A DNA stretch of 64,000 nt from an uncultured Gammaproteobacteria bacterium (GTDB taxonomy: Bacteria; Pseudomonadota; Gammaproteobacteria; GCA-001735895). Below, one piece after another: positions 1 to 9,798 of this stretch; position 1 is the stretch's first letter, and each line of letters opens with the position of its first letter. The stretch lies in the NCBI GenBank assembly GCA_964196225.1, contig CAXMSP010000009.1:13571-77570 (forward strand), written 5' to 3'. The position numbers were made by a program, and so were the translations under genes. A model generated the notes under the pieces. The model was not told where the DNA came from. It searched no databases and saw nothing but the letters and a program-made list of their open reading frames with translations.

Positions 1-621
1 AGTGTAGAACGCGCACAGGTTCTCGCCGATCAGATTGGTGCCGACGCGGTGCAGATTAATGCCGTCCCGGAGCAACTGGCACGTGCCGATATCGTCATTT
101 CCTCGACCGCAAGTCAACTGCCGATTCTTGGTAAAGGCGCCACTGAATCCGCGTTGAAGAAGCGCAAGCACCGGCCTATTTTTATGGTCGATCTTGCCGT
201 TCCGCGCGACATCGAACCCGAGGTCGGAGCACTGCAGGACATTTATCTTTATAGCGTGGATGATTTGAAGACGGTGGTAGATGAAAATATACGCGGACGA
301 GAACTTGCCGCCGAAGCAGCCCTGGAAATAGTCAATCTTGAAGTCACGATGTTCGACCAGTGGCTTAAAACCCACCAGTCGGCCGATCATATCCGGCAAT
401 TGCGTGATAGCGCCGACCTGATAAAACAACAGGCGATCGAAAAGGCCCTGCTGCAACTGAAACAGACATCCGATCCCGAGGAAGCGATCCAGCGACTCGC
501 CAACGAAATTACCAACAAGCTGATGCACAAGCCGACCCTCGAAATGCGCAAGGCACTGCAAAACGAAGATGAAGAGCGCATCCAGTTGCTCAAATCGCTG
601 ATCACACCCGACTCACAATAA
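1..621 (+). CDS. hemA: glutamyl-tRNA reductase, C-terminal part (5' end outside window)
   Basis: Frame-1 ORF is open to the window edge. The [10 protein letters not shown]...YLYSVDDL region and C-terminal dimerisation helix are typical of HemA. Sits in the classic hemA-prfA-prmC neighbourhood. Confidence 0.85.
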   Translation, partial: SVERAQVLADQIGADAVQINAVPEQLARADIVISSTASQLPILGKGATESALKKRKHRPIFMVDLAVPRDIEPEVGALQDIYLYSVDDLKTVVDENIRGRELAAEAALEIVNLEVTMFDQWLKTHQSADHIRQLRDSADLIKQQAIEKALLQLKQTSDPEEAIQRLANEITNKLMHKPTLEMRKALQNEDEERIQLLKSLITPDSQ

Positions 622-625
622 GGCC

Positions 626-1726
626 ATGAAAGAATCGTTGCTAAACAAGCTGGAGGCGCTGTGCGCCAGGCACGAAGAGATCGCTGGAATGCTGGCTGAT
701 ATTGCAGTCATCAACAACCAGGACCAGTTTCGAAACCTGTCGATGGAATATGCGCAACTGGAGGACGTCGTAATAAACTTCAACCAATTGCAGCAAGCCC
801 AGACTGAGCTGGAGTCCGCTCGCGAAATGTTGAACGAGGAGGACGCTGAACTCAGGGAGCTTGCCGAAGAGGAAATCACCGACAACAGCGGCAAGATCGA
901 GGCCCTCGAGATCGAACTACAAAAGCTTTTATTGCCGAAGGATCCCAATGATAGCGCCAATGTATTCCTCGAGATCCGGGCGGGCACCGGTGGTGACGAG
1001 GCCGCTATTTTCGCTGGCGACTTGTTTCGCATGTACAGTCGTTATACCGAATCGAAGAAATGGCAGCTGGAGGTATTAAACAGTAATGAAGGTGAGCATG
1101 GTGGCTACAAGGAAATCATTGCGCGCATTGTTGGCAATGGTGCCTACTCGCACCTGAAGTTTGAGTCCGGGGCGCACCGTGTCCAACGCGTGCCTGAGAC
1201 CGAGTCACAGGGGCGCGTGCACACTTCTGCTGCGACCGTAGCGATTATTCCGGAAAGCGATGAAGTACAAATGATTGAAATTAAACCTGCTGATTTGCGC
1301 ATCGATACATTTCGAGCCTCGGGCGCCGGCGGCCAGCATGTCAATAAAACCGACTCGGCGATTCGGCTGACGCATCTTCCGACCGGAACCGTTGTCGAAT
1401 GCCAGGATGAACGTTCGCAGCACAAGAACAGGGCCCGAGCCATGTCATTATTACAGGCTCGAATCTATGACGCCGAAAAGCAAAAACAGGATGCAGAGCA
1501 AGCCGCGGAACGCAAGTCCCTGGTCGGCGGTGGTGATCGCTCGGAACGTATTCGTACCTATAATTTCCCACAGGGCAGATTGACCGATCACCGCATCAAT
1601 CTAACCCTCTATAAACTCGACGAAATCATGCAGGGCAGCCTCGGCCAGGTCGTCGACCCACTAATGCACGAATACCAGGCCGAACAACTCGCCAACCTAA
1701 GCAACGAAGACCGCGGCCTCAACTAA
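626..1726 (+). CDS. prfA: peptide chain release factor 1
   Basis: 366 aa with the GGQ motif ([14 protein letters not shown]) and RF1-type core. Starts 5 nt after the hemA stop. Confidence 0.97.
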   Translation: MKESLLNKLEALCARHEEIAGMLADIAVINNQDQFRNLSMEYAQLEDVVINFNQLQQAQTELESAREMLNEEDAELRELAEEEITDNSGKIEALEIELQKLLLPKDPNDSANVFLEIRAGTGGDEAAIFAGDLFRMYSRYTESKKWQLEVLNSNEGEHGGYKEIIARIVGNGAYSHLKFESGAHRVQRVPETESQGRVHTSAATVAIIPESDEVQMIEIKPADLRIDTFRASGAGGQHVNKTDSAIRLTHLPTGTVVECQDERSQHKNRARAMSLLQARIYDAEKQKQDAEQAAERKSLVGGGDRSERIRTYNFPQGRLTDHRINLTLYKLDEIMQGSLGQVVDPLMHEYQAEQLANLSNEDRGLN

Positions 1727-1844
1727 CCACACGCCACTCCCGCAGACGCGAAACCGATATCCAGGCGTTTACCGTGGTTTTACATTACAAGATTCCCGCT
1801 TGCACGGCGGTCCGACGTATCGGAATGACTCTGGTTTGGAATAT

Positions 1845-1970
1845 TTCTGACGTCACCAGGACCGTGAGAGCAAGGCAAAATTTTCCACAATAGCGCGAAC
1901 ATACATACAAGTATGTGAGCGTTTTGTGGAAAATTTTAACGCCGCTATCGCGGTCCTGGTGACGTCAGAA
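1845..1970. repeat. 126-bp long imperfect inverted repeat (hairpin-forming element) in the prfA-prmC spacer
   Basis: Perfect 20-nt terminal arms ttctgacgtcaccaggaccg (1845-1864) / cggtcctggtgacgtcagaa (1951-1970). Inner 14-nt arms at 1877-1890 / 1924-1937. Central ACATAC-AA-GTATGT at 1903-1916. Confidence 0.85.
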
Positions 1971-2089
1971 AAAAAAGGCCGTCCCTGGCCACGTGATATC
2001 ATCAATAGATCGGGGGAGGAGGTATTGATGTACACAGGTAACTTATAGATGATTTCCAGGATTTCCCATAGTGAACAAGTTCATATTCC

Positions 2090-2953
2090 ATGAGTGAACA
2101 AATCGACGACGCCCTCCGTTGGGGGAGGGACTGCATCTCGACCTGTAGCGAAACGGCACGCCTGGATGCTGAACTATTGTTGGCTTATTGCCTCGATAAA
2201 CCGCGCAGCTATCTTTACGGGCGTCCCGAACAGGAATTGAGCCAGTCCTGCTGGCAGAAATATCAGGAATTGGTGCAAAAAAGACTCGAGCCCACCCCGA
2301 TTGCATACCTGCTTCGCAGCCGCGAATTCTATTCGATGGAATTTACGGCCACTCCGGCGGCATTGGTCCCCAGGCCGGAAACCGAGTTGCTGGTTGAACT
2401 CGCATTGGAACAAATTCCGATCGCGGCAACATACCGGGTTTGCGACCTGGGTACCGGCAGCGGGATTATCGCGATAACGCTGAAAAAGCAACGACCCTTG
2501 GCCAGCGTTTACGCCACTGATGTCGACCCGGACTGCCTGGTGCTGGCTCGCGAAAATGCAGATCGTCATGGTGTCGAAATCGAATTTATCGAATCTGACT
2601 GGTACCGGCAGCTAGCACAGGGAATGGTGTTTGATCTTATCGTTTCCAATCCACCCTATATCGCCGCAAACCATCCATTTTTGACACAGGGTGATTTACC
2701 CGCTGAACCCGGGCTGGCGCTAACGCCAGGCGCCACCGGGCTTGAAGCGCTGGAGCAAATAGTGAGTCACGCCAAGGACTACCTGGTTAACGGGGGATAC
2801 CTGATAGTGGAGCATGGTTATGACCAACAGGACATGGTCGCTGATTTGCTAAAAGCACACGGTTTCGGCGAAATTCGCTGTGTCACCGATTATAACGATC
2901 TGCCACGCACCAGCGTGGCCAAACTGGTTGATAATCTAAATTCCGGGGCGTAG
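2090..2953 (+). CDS. prmC: release factor glutamine N5-methyltransferase (HemK/PrmC)
   Basis: 287 aa with the SAM-binding DLGTGSG motif and the NPPY catalytic motif (VSNPPYI). Located downstream of prfA. Confidence 0.93.
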   Translation: MSEQIDDALRWGRDCISTCSETARLDAELLLAYCLDKPRSYLYGRPEQELSQSCWQKYQELVQKRLEPTPIAYLLRSREFYSMEFTATPAALVPRPETELLVELALEQIPIAATYRVCDLGTGSGIIAITLKKQRPLASVYATDVDPDCLVLARENADRHGVEIEFIESDWYRQLAQGMVFDLIVSNPPYIAANHPFLTQGDLPAEPGLALTPGATGLEALEQIVSHAKDYLVNGGYLIVEHGYDQQDMVADLLKAHGFGEIRCVTDYNDLPRTSVAKLVDNLNSGA

Positions 2954-2962
2954 TCTCCTAGC

Positions 2963-3346
2963 ATGGAAGACGCGGACCGCTATCGATGTCGCCGCATTTA
3001 CCTGAAGCAAAGCGACGATCCAGCCTGCCAGGCCAGAGCCGCTTGCGAAGTACTGATTAACATCGAAGGTATTCTGCTTGCATCTCCGTTTAGCAAAAGC
3101 GGCGCCCACATTATTTATGCTCTCGACAAACTGAGTTTTGAAATTGTGACAGAGTTACTTGGCGAACTCGATTTCGAGATGGATAATTCGTTGCTGTTAA
3201 CTCTGCGCAATAGCATATTCAGTTTTCTCGAAGAAAATGCGCGCGGCAATATGCAATTTGACGTGACCGAGTTTCAACAGGAAGATGGCGAAATTCCGGA
3301 GTTCCCGCATCAAGATACCAACAAATATTGGGATGATTACCGCTAG
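2963..3346 (+). CDS. hypothetical acidic 127-aa protein
   Basis: ORF begins 10 nt after prmC. Its TAG stop shares a base with the GTG start of the next gene. No family recognised. Confidence 0.5.
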   Translation: MEDADRYRCRRIYLKQSDDPACQARAACEVLINIEGILLASPFSKSGAHIIYALDKLSFEIVTELLGELDFEMDNSLLLTLRNSIFSFLEENARGNMQFDVTEFQQEDGEIPEFPHQDTNKYWDDYR

Positions 3347-4077
3347 TGTATGAAATAACGCTGGTTGACATTACGGTCGCATTCATCCCGGTTCTGGTTA
3401 CCCTGGCCATCATTTTTTACTGGTCAACCAGCCTTAAAAATGCAGCTATCGCAGTCCTGCGCATGCTGATACAGCTAATGCTGATCGGCTACACGCTGGA
3501 ATTCATCTTCCATACCAATAATCAATGGATCATCCTGGCAGTGCTGAGCTTTATGTTACTTGCGGCAAGCTGGATCGCGCTAGGCCCGTTGCCCGTCAAG
3601 CGCTCAACGCTGCTGGCTTGCAGCGTGGGCGCAATCGCCGCGGGTGGTATCTTTAACCTGGTGTTGATTAGCCAGGGAGTCCTGCACGCCGAGCCCTGGT
3701 ACCAGCCTGCAATATTGATCCCGCTTGCCGGGATGATTTTTTCCAATTCGATGAATAGCGTCAGTCTGGCCGGTGAACGTCTTTACAGCGAGCTGGAACA
3801 TCATAACGACTACGCGCGGGCTCGCAGTACCGCGTTCCAGGCAGCGCTGATTCCAATCACGAATTCACTACTGGCGGTTGGCCTGGTATCACTACCCGGC
3901 ATGATGACCGGCCAGATTCTGGCCGGGACCTCGCCACTGATCGCAGCGCGTTACCAGATTATCGTGATGTGTATGATTTTTAGTTCCGCCGGCATTTCTG
4001 CCGCCCTGTTCCTTTGGCTGATACGCACACAGTGCAGACAACAAACTGCTGAAACCGGAGTCGATACATGTGGATAA
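3346..4077 (+). CDS. UPF0014 (YbbM/FetB-like) ABC-type permease, no cognate ATPase adjacent
   Basis: 243 aa, polytopic membrane protein. The C-terminal PGMMTGQILAGTSPLIAARYQIIVM block is characteristic of the FetB/YbbM family. Confidence 0.72.
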   Translation: MYEITLVDITVAFIPVLVTLAIIFYWSTSLKNAAIAVLRMLIQLMLIGYTLEFIFHTNNQWIILAVLSFMLLAASWIALGPLPVKRSTLLACSVGAIAAGGIFNLVLISQGVLHAEPWYQPAILIPLAGMIFSNSMNSVSLAGERLYSELEHHNDYARARSTAFQAALIPITNSLLAVGLVSLPGMMTGQILAGTSPLIAARYQIIVMCMIFSSAGISAALFLWLIRTQCRQQTAETGVDTCG

Positions 4078-5054
4078 TTATTGGCGTCGTCGTTGCCATC
4101 CTGCTCGCTGCACTGATCTACCTCGCCACCCTTGACGGTAATTTTCAGGCCAGACGAAGCCTCGAGATTGACGCACCGCTGGATTCGGTTTTTGCCACAA
4201 TCGTGGATTTCAAATCCTGGCCCGAATGGAGCCCCTGGTTGATGCACGAGCCCGAGACCAAAATCACCTATAGCGAAAACTATGCGGAAGAAAACGGATT
4301 TTACAGCTGGGACGGCAAGGTAGTCGGCGCCGGTAAGCTGACGCATCTTGAAATAAAGCCTGGTGTCGGCATCAAGCAGCGAATCGAATTTTCACGCCCC
4401 GTCAAATCGGTGAACCAGGTCAACTGGGGGTTCGAAGCCCGGGATGGAAACACCCTGGTAAGCTGGGAAATGAACGGAAGTATGCCGTTCCTGTTTCGAT
4501 TCATGGCGCAGCGAATGGCGCCGATGATCGAGCGCGACTACGAGCTCGGCCTGGCGCTGCTAAGTGGTTATATGAATGCCGCGTCGCCACACCCCGAAGT
4601 TGAGTTTATCGGCCGCGAAGAGCTGGAGGCGTTCAATTACTGGGCGATTCCGTGCAATGGAAACCTGCGTCAACTGGAGACTGCGCGCCGATCGAGCATC
4701 GAAACGCTACAGGCCATCGGGACCGATAAGGTTGGCCTTGCGTTGACCCTGTATCATCAATTCGATCCCATGGCATCGCAATACCAGGCAGAGGTTGCGG
4801 TTCCGGTCGGCAATAGTACCCCGCTGTCGAATTACAAGCGGCACGATTTTAAGGGCGGGCTGTATTTTAAAATGACACTGCGCGGTGACCTCAGTTTTCT
4901 ACCGCTTGGATGGCATGCATTACACAGTCATTGCCGCATGCATAAGATCAAGCTCGACGGCACGCGACCCGCACTTGAAATCTACCTCGGCGATGCAACC
5001 AGAATCACCGACGGCAACCAGTTCTCGACCGACCTTTATATTCCTGTCCTGTGA
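4068..5054 (+). CDS. membrane-anchored SRPBCC-domain plus GyrI-like (small-molecule binding) domain protein
   Basis: 328 aa with an N-terminal TM helix, then an SRPBCC-like segment (IDAPLDSVFATIVDFKSWPEWSPW). The C-terminal half resembles GyrI-like/AraC-effector-binding folds. Overlaps the preceding gene by 10 nt. Confidence 0.6.
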   Translation: MWIIIGVVVAILLAALIYLATLDGNFQARRSLEIDAPLDSVFATIVDFKSWPEWSPWLMHEPETKITYSENYAEENGFYSWDGKVVGAGKLTHLEIKPGVGIKQRIEFSRPVKSVNQVNWGFEARDGNTLVSWEMNGSMPFLFRFMAQRMAPMIERDYELGLALLSGYMNAASPHPEVEFIGREELEAFNYWAIPCNGNLRQLETARRSSIETLQAIGTDKVGLALTLYHQFDPMASQYQAEVAVPVGNSTPLSNYKRHDFKGGLYFKMTLRGDLSFLPLGWHALHSHCRMHKIKLDGTRPALEIYLGDATRITDGNQFSTDLYIPVL

Positions 5055-5065
5055 AGCCATCGGCT

Positions 5066-6031
5066 TCAGCTTATAACGATACGCCCGGCTACCTTGCGAT
5101 CTTTCAACATTTGCAGGGCCTTTGGCAACTCTGCAAACGCCCTTGTCTGGCTGACTCTTGGGTTGATATGTCCGGCCTCCAGCATTTCCGCCAGCAGCGG
5201 CCATTTTGCGGATATTCGGTCGGGGTCCTTGACGCAAGTTAGCCCGAAAGATGAGCCCACAAGGCTTTGATGCCTGACCAGAAAGTGGTTCACGCGGATG
5301 CTCGGTATTTTACCGGAAGCGAATCCTAGCGAAACGACCCGGCCACCATAACCCAGGGCACGTAGCGATTCTTCAAAAAAGATTCCGCCAACCGGATCGA
5401 TAATCACATCTACCCCGTCTGGCGCGATTTCGCGTAAATCCTCGTAAAGGCGCCGGGAATGGGATGAAACAATATGATCTGCACCACAGGCTCGAGCTAT
5501 TGCTTCCTTTGCACTGTCGCCAACACAGGCTATTACATCCGCACCGTGGTGCTTGGCCAGTTCAATACAAGCCGTACCAACAGCGCCCGCAGCACCACCA
5601 ATGACAATGACTTCACCGGCAGACAGTCCGGCCCTGTCAAGTGCGAGTTCCGCGGATCCATAGGAAACCGGGAAAGCAGCGGCAACTGGTAACGGAATTG
5701 ATTCGGGAATCGAAGTAACCTGGCTTATCGGTGCCACGACCTTTTCCGCGTAGCCGCCATGTTTTACGTAGGCAGCTGCCTTTTGACCGACGCTAAACAT
5801 TTCACAATCCGAACCTACCCGTGTGATTCTTCCGGAAACTTCCATGCCTGGGACAAAGGGGAGTTCGGGTCGCACCTGGAATTGCCCTGAAATTAGCAAC
5901 AAGTCTGCAAAGTTTACGCCGCAGGCGTTGACCGTAATTTCTACCTGCCCGGCATCGCATTCAGGTTCAGGCACGCTACCCAATTCCAGGTAGTTTGGCC
6001 CACCCCAGGTTACACATTTCCAGGCACGCAT
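5066..6031 (-). CDS. NADPH:quinone oxidoreductase / zinc-type alcohol dehydrogenase superfamily (MDR) protein
   Basis: 321 aa with MDR fold signatures (GVNFADLL, IGGAAGAVGTA nucleotide-binding loop). SD gaggaggg lies upstream of the ATG. Confidence 0.85.
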   Translation of the reverse strand: MRAWKCVTWGGPNYLELGSVPEPECDAGQVEITVNACGVNFADLLLISGQFQVRPELPFVPGMEVSGRITRVGSDCEMFSVGQKAAAYVKHGGYAEKVVAPISQVTSIPESIPLPVAAAFPVSYGSAELALDRAGLSAGEVIVIGGAAGAVGTACIELAKHHGADVIACVGDSAKEAIARACGADHIVSSHSRRLYEDLREIAPDGVDVIIDPVGGIFFEESLRALGYGGRVVSLGFASGKIPSIRVNHFLVRHQSLVGSSFGLTCVKDPDRISAKWPLLAEMLEAGHINPRVSQTRAFAELPKALQMLKDRKVAGRIVIS

Positions 6032-6234
6032 CTTGCCCTCCTCGGGACTAACCGTGTTTAACGCAAAACCAGGCCCTGGCGGCCTGAGAAACGGATTGTA
6101 ACCATATTTTGGTTATGCGGGGTTTATATTCTGTTTATCCGCAGTCACCCCATCCCCGGCCACCTGATAATTTAATAGTCGGCAAAAAATACCAGGATTG
6201 TGGCAAGCAGGCAGGAATTTAATGTGACGCGGGC

Positions 6235-6263
6235 AAAAAAAATGGCTGGTCGTGAGACCAGCC
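6235..6263 (-). terminator. intrinsic terminator (minus strand)
   Basis: 8-bp GC-rich stem ggctggtc/gaccagcc (6244-6251 / 6256-6263) with a 4-nt loop. Followed on the minus strand by a, then T8 (6235-6242). Confidence 0.6.
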
Positions 6264-6609
6264 AAAATGTCGTAATCGACAATTATAACCAAAGGAGGAC
6301 ATCGTGAGAGAGGTTAGGTGTTCTTAACCTTTAACACGTTTATAAATATAGGATATATTTCACAAAATGCCAGTTAAAAATTGATAAACGGCAGTAAAAA
6401 CAGTGTATATGGAGCGACTTCCTGAGTTGTTTGCTTAATTTGTCTCTATAAGTTATTGATTATTAAATAATTTATTGATTTTTAATCATTTTAAAAAAAT
6501 TTAAAAAAATCCGCCTCGAATACTACATTTCTCTCTTTGATCACATTGAATCAGTAAATATCACCCCCCTTATTACGGCCTTAGCCCTCTTCCAAAAAAA
6601 GCTAAGAAA

Positions 6610-7479
6610 TTACGGGTTACGTGTTAACCTCCGAATCAGGCTTGAAGTATCCCAACGACCACCGCCCATCTCCTGTATTTCTCCGTAAAAGTCGTTAACG
6701 ATACGGGTCACCGGTAACTCGGCACCGTTGTGCTCGGATTCTTCGAGGCATATGGCGAGATCTTTTCTCATCCAGTCGACCGCAAAGCCAAACTCAAACT
6801 CGTCATTGAGCATAGTGTTACCGCGGTTTTCCATTTGCCAGGAACCGGCTGCACCCTTGGAAATGACATCGACCACCTTGTGGCCATCGAGTCCCGCACG
6901 TTGTGCAAAATTAAGCCCCTCGGATAAGCCCTGAACCAGACCAGCAATACAAATTTGGTTAACCATCTTGGTCAACTGGCCGGCACCGACGCTGCCCAAT
7001 AGCTCCGCGGCTCGTGCATAGCTCATCATCACCGGACGCACTGCTTCGAAGCTTGCCTGGTCACCACCTATCATGACTGTTAACACGCCATTTTCAGCTC
7101 CTGCCTGGCCACCTGACACGGGCGCATCGAGAAAAGGAACATGGGATTTATCGGCGATTTCCCGGGCGACGTTGGCCGATGCAGTCGTGTGATCGACCAG
7201 GATTGAGCCTTCCTTGCACCCTGCCAGTACGCCGTCATCTCCATAAACCACCGAACGCAGGTCGTCATCATTACCGACGCACATAAATACAAAATCCGCG
7301 CCCTCTGCTGCCTCGCGTGGGGTCGATGCAAAATCGCCCTGGTAGTCCTGGCACCATTTTTCAGCCTTGGCAGCGGTACGGTTATAAACCCTGGTTTGAT
7401 ACCCGGCCGTGGCGAGATGCCCTGCCATCGGGTAACCCATCACGCCGAGCCCGATGAAGGCGACTTGTTGCTTGCTCAT
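6610..7479 (-). CDS. NAD(P)-dependent oxidoreductase, 3-hydroxyisobutyrate/6-phosphogluconate dehydrogenase-like (HIBADH family)
   Basis: 289 aa with an N-terminal Rossmann motif VAFIGLGVMGYPMAGHL and HIBADH-type central and C-terminal blocks. Confidence 0.85.
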   Translation of the reverse strand: MSKQQVAFIGLGVMGYPMAGHLATAGYQTRVYNRTAAKAEKWCQDYQGDFASTPREAAEGADFVFMCVGNDDDLRSVVYGDDGVLAGCKEGSILVDHTTASANVAREIADKSHVPFLDAPVSGGQAGAENGVLTVMIGGDQASFEAVRPVMMSYARAAELLGSVGAGQLTKMVNQICIAGLVQGLSEGLNFAQRAGLDGHKVVDVISKGAAGSWQMENRGNTMLNDEFEFGFAVDWMRKDLAICLEESEHNGAELPVTRIVNDFYGEIQEMGGGRWDTSSLIRRLTRNP

Positions 7480-7552
7480 AAGATGTACTCCTGTTAATTA
7501 TTGCTGCGGCGATTTTACACGAGCGCAGAGATGGACGCTGTAATTCAGTTAT

Positions 7553-9724
7553 TCAGGCTGGTTGCAGGTTGGCCATGCTCGCAATCAGCCACTTGCTGCC
7601 GGCATCTTCAAAGTTAACCTGCACCCGGGATTGCGGACCCTGCCCTTCAAGATTCAGCACGGTGCCTTCACCAAAGCGTGCATGATTAACGCGTTGGCCG
7701 ATAAACAAACCGGTGTCCGCCTCGGCACGATCAACGCCAATGCGCGTTGATGTCGGCATCACGGGACGACTGAAATTGGCCTTGGGGCGAATCTCCTGCA
7801 TTAGTTCATCCGGAATTTCGCGCACGAAGCGTGACAGCATGTTATAGCTCTCACCACCGTATAGACGGCGTACCTCGGCACTGGTCACGACCAGCTGCTC
7901 GCGTGCACGGGTAATGCCGACATAACACAGGCGTCGCTCTTCTTCCATGCGCCCCGGCTCTTCGCTGGAGCGTTGGTGTGGAAACAACCCCTCCTCCATG
8001 CCAACCAGGAAAACCAGGGGGAACTCGAGTCCCTTGACCGAGTGCATGGTCATCAGTTGCACGCAGTCTTCCCAGGCGTCGGCCTGGGCTTCGCCAGCTT
8101 CCAGTGCCGCGTGCGCGAGAAAAGCGTCGAGCGTGGACATATTTTCCTCGATCAATGCATCGTACTCAAAACTCTTACCGGCGCCGACCAGTTCCTGCAG
8201 GTTCTCGGAGCGTGATTGTCCTTTCTCGCTGTTGTCCTTTTTGAAGTGCTGGTCGAGGCCACTCATTTCGATTCCGGTTTTGATTTGCTCACCGAGTGGC
8301 AATTCCCCCAACTCGGTGGTCATGCGGCGAACCAGGTCGACGTAGGCCTGCAGCGCACTGCGCGCCCGGGCACTCAAGCTGTCGGATTGAATCAGGTCCA
8401 GACTTGCACTCCACAGTGATGTCGCTTGTTCGCGTGCATGACCCCGAACCACGTCGATGGTTTTCTGGCCAATTCCGCGTGGGGGTTGATTCACCGTGCG
8501 TTCAAAAGCGTGGTCTGCGGTCGGGTTTGAAATCATCCGCAAATAAGCAAGTATGTCCTTGATTTCAGCGCGTTCGAAAAAGCGCAAACCTCCATAGACC
8601 CGGTAAGGAACGCCTCGCGTAACCAGGGTTTCTTCAAACTGGCGCGATTGCGCGTTGGAACGGTAGAGCACCGCGACATCTTTACGACTGCGCCCCTGTG
8701 CAACCCAGTTTTCAATGCGGTCTATGACGAAACGCGCTTCATCCTTTTCATTGTAGGCCGAGTAAAATATGATCGGCTCGCCGTCATCACTATCGGTCCA
8801 TAATTCCTTACCGAGGCGCGAGCGGTTGTTATCGATTAAAGCGTTCGCCGCTTTTAGTATGGTGCCGGTTGAGCGGTAATTTTGTTCCAGCCGAATTACC
8901 TGGGTATTGGCGAAATCTTTCTCGAAATGATGGATATTTTCAATACGCGCACCACGCCAACCATATATCGACTGGTCATCATCGCCGACCACGAACACCG
9001 GCGTATCGTCGCCCGCCATAAGCTGTAGCCACGCATACTGGATCGCGTTGGTATCCTGAAATTCGTCGACCAGGATATGTTGGAAACGGCGCTGGTAGTG
9101 CCCGCGCACATCGTCATTATCACGAATTAATTCAAGTACTCTTAACAGCAGCTCGGCGAAATCAACCACGCCGGAGCGTTCGCAGAGTTCCTGGTAAAGC
9201 CGGTAGATCTCTAACAACTGTTGCTGGATGGGGTCCTGCCCCGGATCAATGTGCGCCGGGCGCAAACCTTCGTCCTTGTTATGGTTAATAAACCATTGGG
9301 CCTGCTTCGGTGGCCAGCGGGCCTCGTCAAGTTCAAGCTGCCTGACGATACGCTTGACCATGCGCAACTGGTCATCGCTATCGAGAATTTGAAAGCTCTG
9401 TGGTAAGCGGGCAGCCTCGTAATGCAAACGTAGCATGCGATGCGCAAGTCCGTGAAAAGTGCCGACCCACATCGCCGCAGCAGAAATTCCAAGCAGCGAT
9501 TCGACGCGCGCGCGCATTTCGGCAGCAGCCTTGTTGGTAAAGGTGACCGCGAGCACACTGTAGGGTGACAATCCACCGACTTCACAAACCCAGGCAACGC
9601 GATGGGTCAGCACGCGTGTCTTGCCACTACCGGCACCGGCCAGCACCAACAGTGGACCCGCATCGGCGCTGACCGCTTCACGCTGGCGATCATTCAGGGG
9701 ATCAATTATGTGGGATACGTCCAT
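7553..9724 (-). CDS. uvrD: ATP-dependent DNA helicase II (UvrD)
   Basis: 723 aa SF1 helicase with Walker A AGAGSGKT, DEFQDT, and a UvrD-type C-terminal tail (FGEGTVLNLEG...VQVNF). Confidence 0.92.
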   Translation of the reverse strand: MDVSHIIDPLNDRQREAVSADAGPLLVLAGAGSGKTRVLTHRVAWVCEVGGLSPYSVLAVTFTNKAAAEMRARVESLLGISAAAMWVGTFHGLAHRMLRLHYEAARLPQSFQILDSDDQLRMVKRIVRQLELDEARWPPKQAQWFINHNKDEGLRPAHIDPGQDPIQQQLLEIYRLYQELCERSGVVDFAELLLRVLELIRDNDDVRGHYQRRFQHILVDEFQDTNAIQYAWLQLMAGDDTPVFVVGDDDQSIYGWRGARIENIHHFEKDFANTQVIRLEQNYRSTGTILKAANALIDNNRSRLGKELWTDSDDGEPIIFYSAYNEKDEARFVIDRIENWVAQGRSRKDVAVLYRSNAQSRQFEETLVTRGVPYRVYGGLRFFERAEIKDILAYLRMISNPTADHAFERTVNQPPRGIGQKTIDVVRGHAREQATSLWSASLDLIQSDSLSARARSALQAYVDLVRRMTTELGELPLGEQIKTGIEMSGLDQHFKKDNSEKGQSRSENLQELVGAGKSFEYDALIEENMSTLDAFLAHAALEAGEAQADAWEDCVQLMTMHSVKGLEFPLVFLVGMEEGLFPHQRSSEEPGRMEEERRLCYVGITRAREQLVVTSAEVRRLYGGESYNMLSRFVREIPDELMQEIRPKANFSRPVMPTSTRIGVDRAEADTGLFIGQRVNHARFGEGTVLNLEGQGPQSRVQVNFEDAGSKWLIASMANLQPA

Positions 9725-9798
9725 TCACAGCAGGCTTCAAATACAAGCCGACATTGTATCAACTAGGATTTCCCGCGACAGCAGGAATGACAGGAATA

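Noticed and set aside
613-1032. 139-aa minus-strand ORF, and other short ORFs, overlapping prfA
   Set aside because: It is antisense to a confidently identified conserved gene and has low-complexity Ser/Ala-rich translation. This is a typical shadow ORF.
1853-2306. 60-aa and 87-aa minus-strand ORFs in and around the prfA-prmC spacer
   Set aside because: The 60-aa ORF is drawn across the long palindrome, and the 87-aa ORF runs antisense into prmC. Neither has an SD or a protein-like composition.
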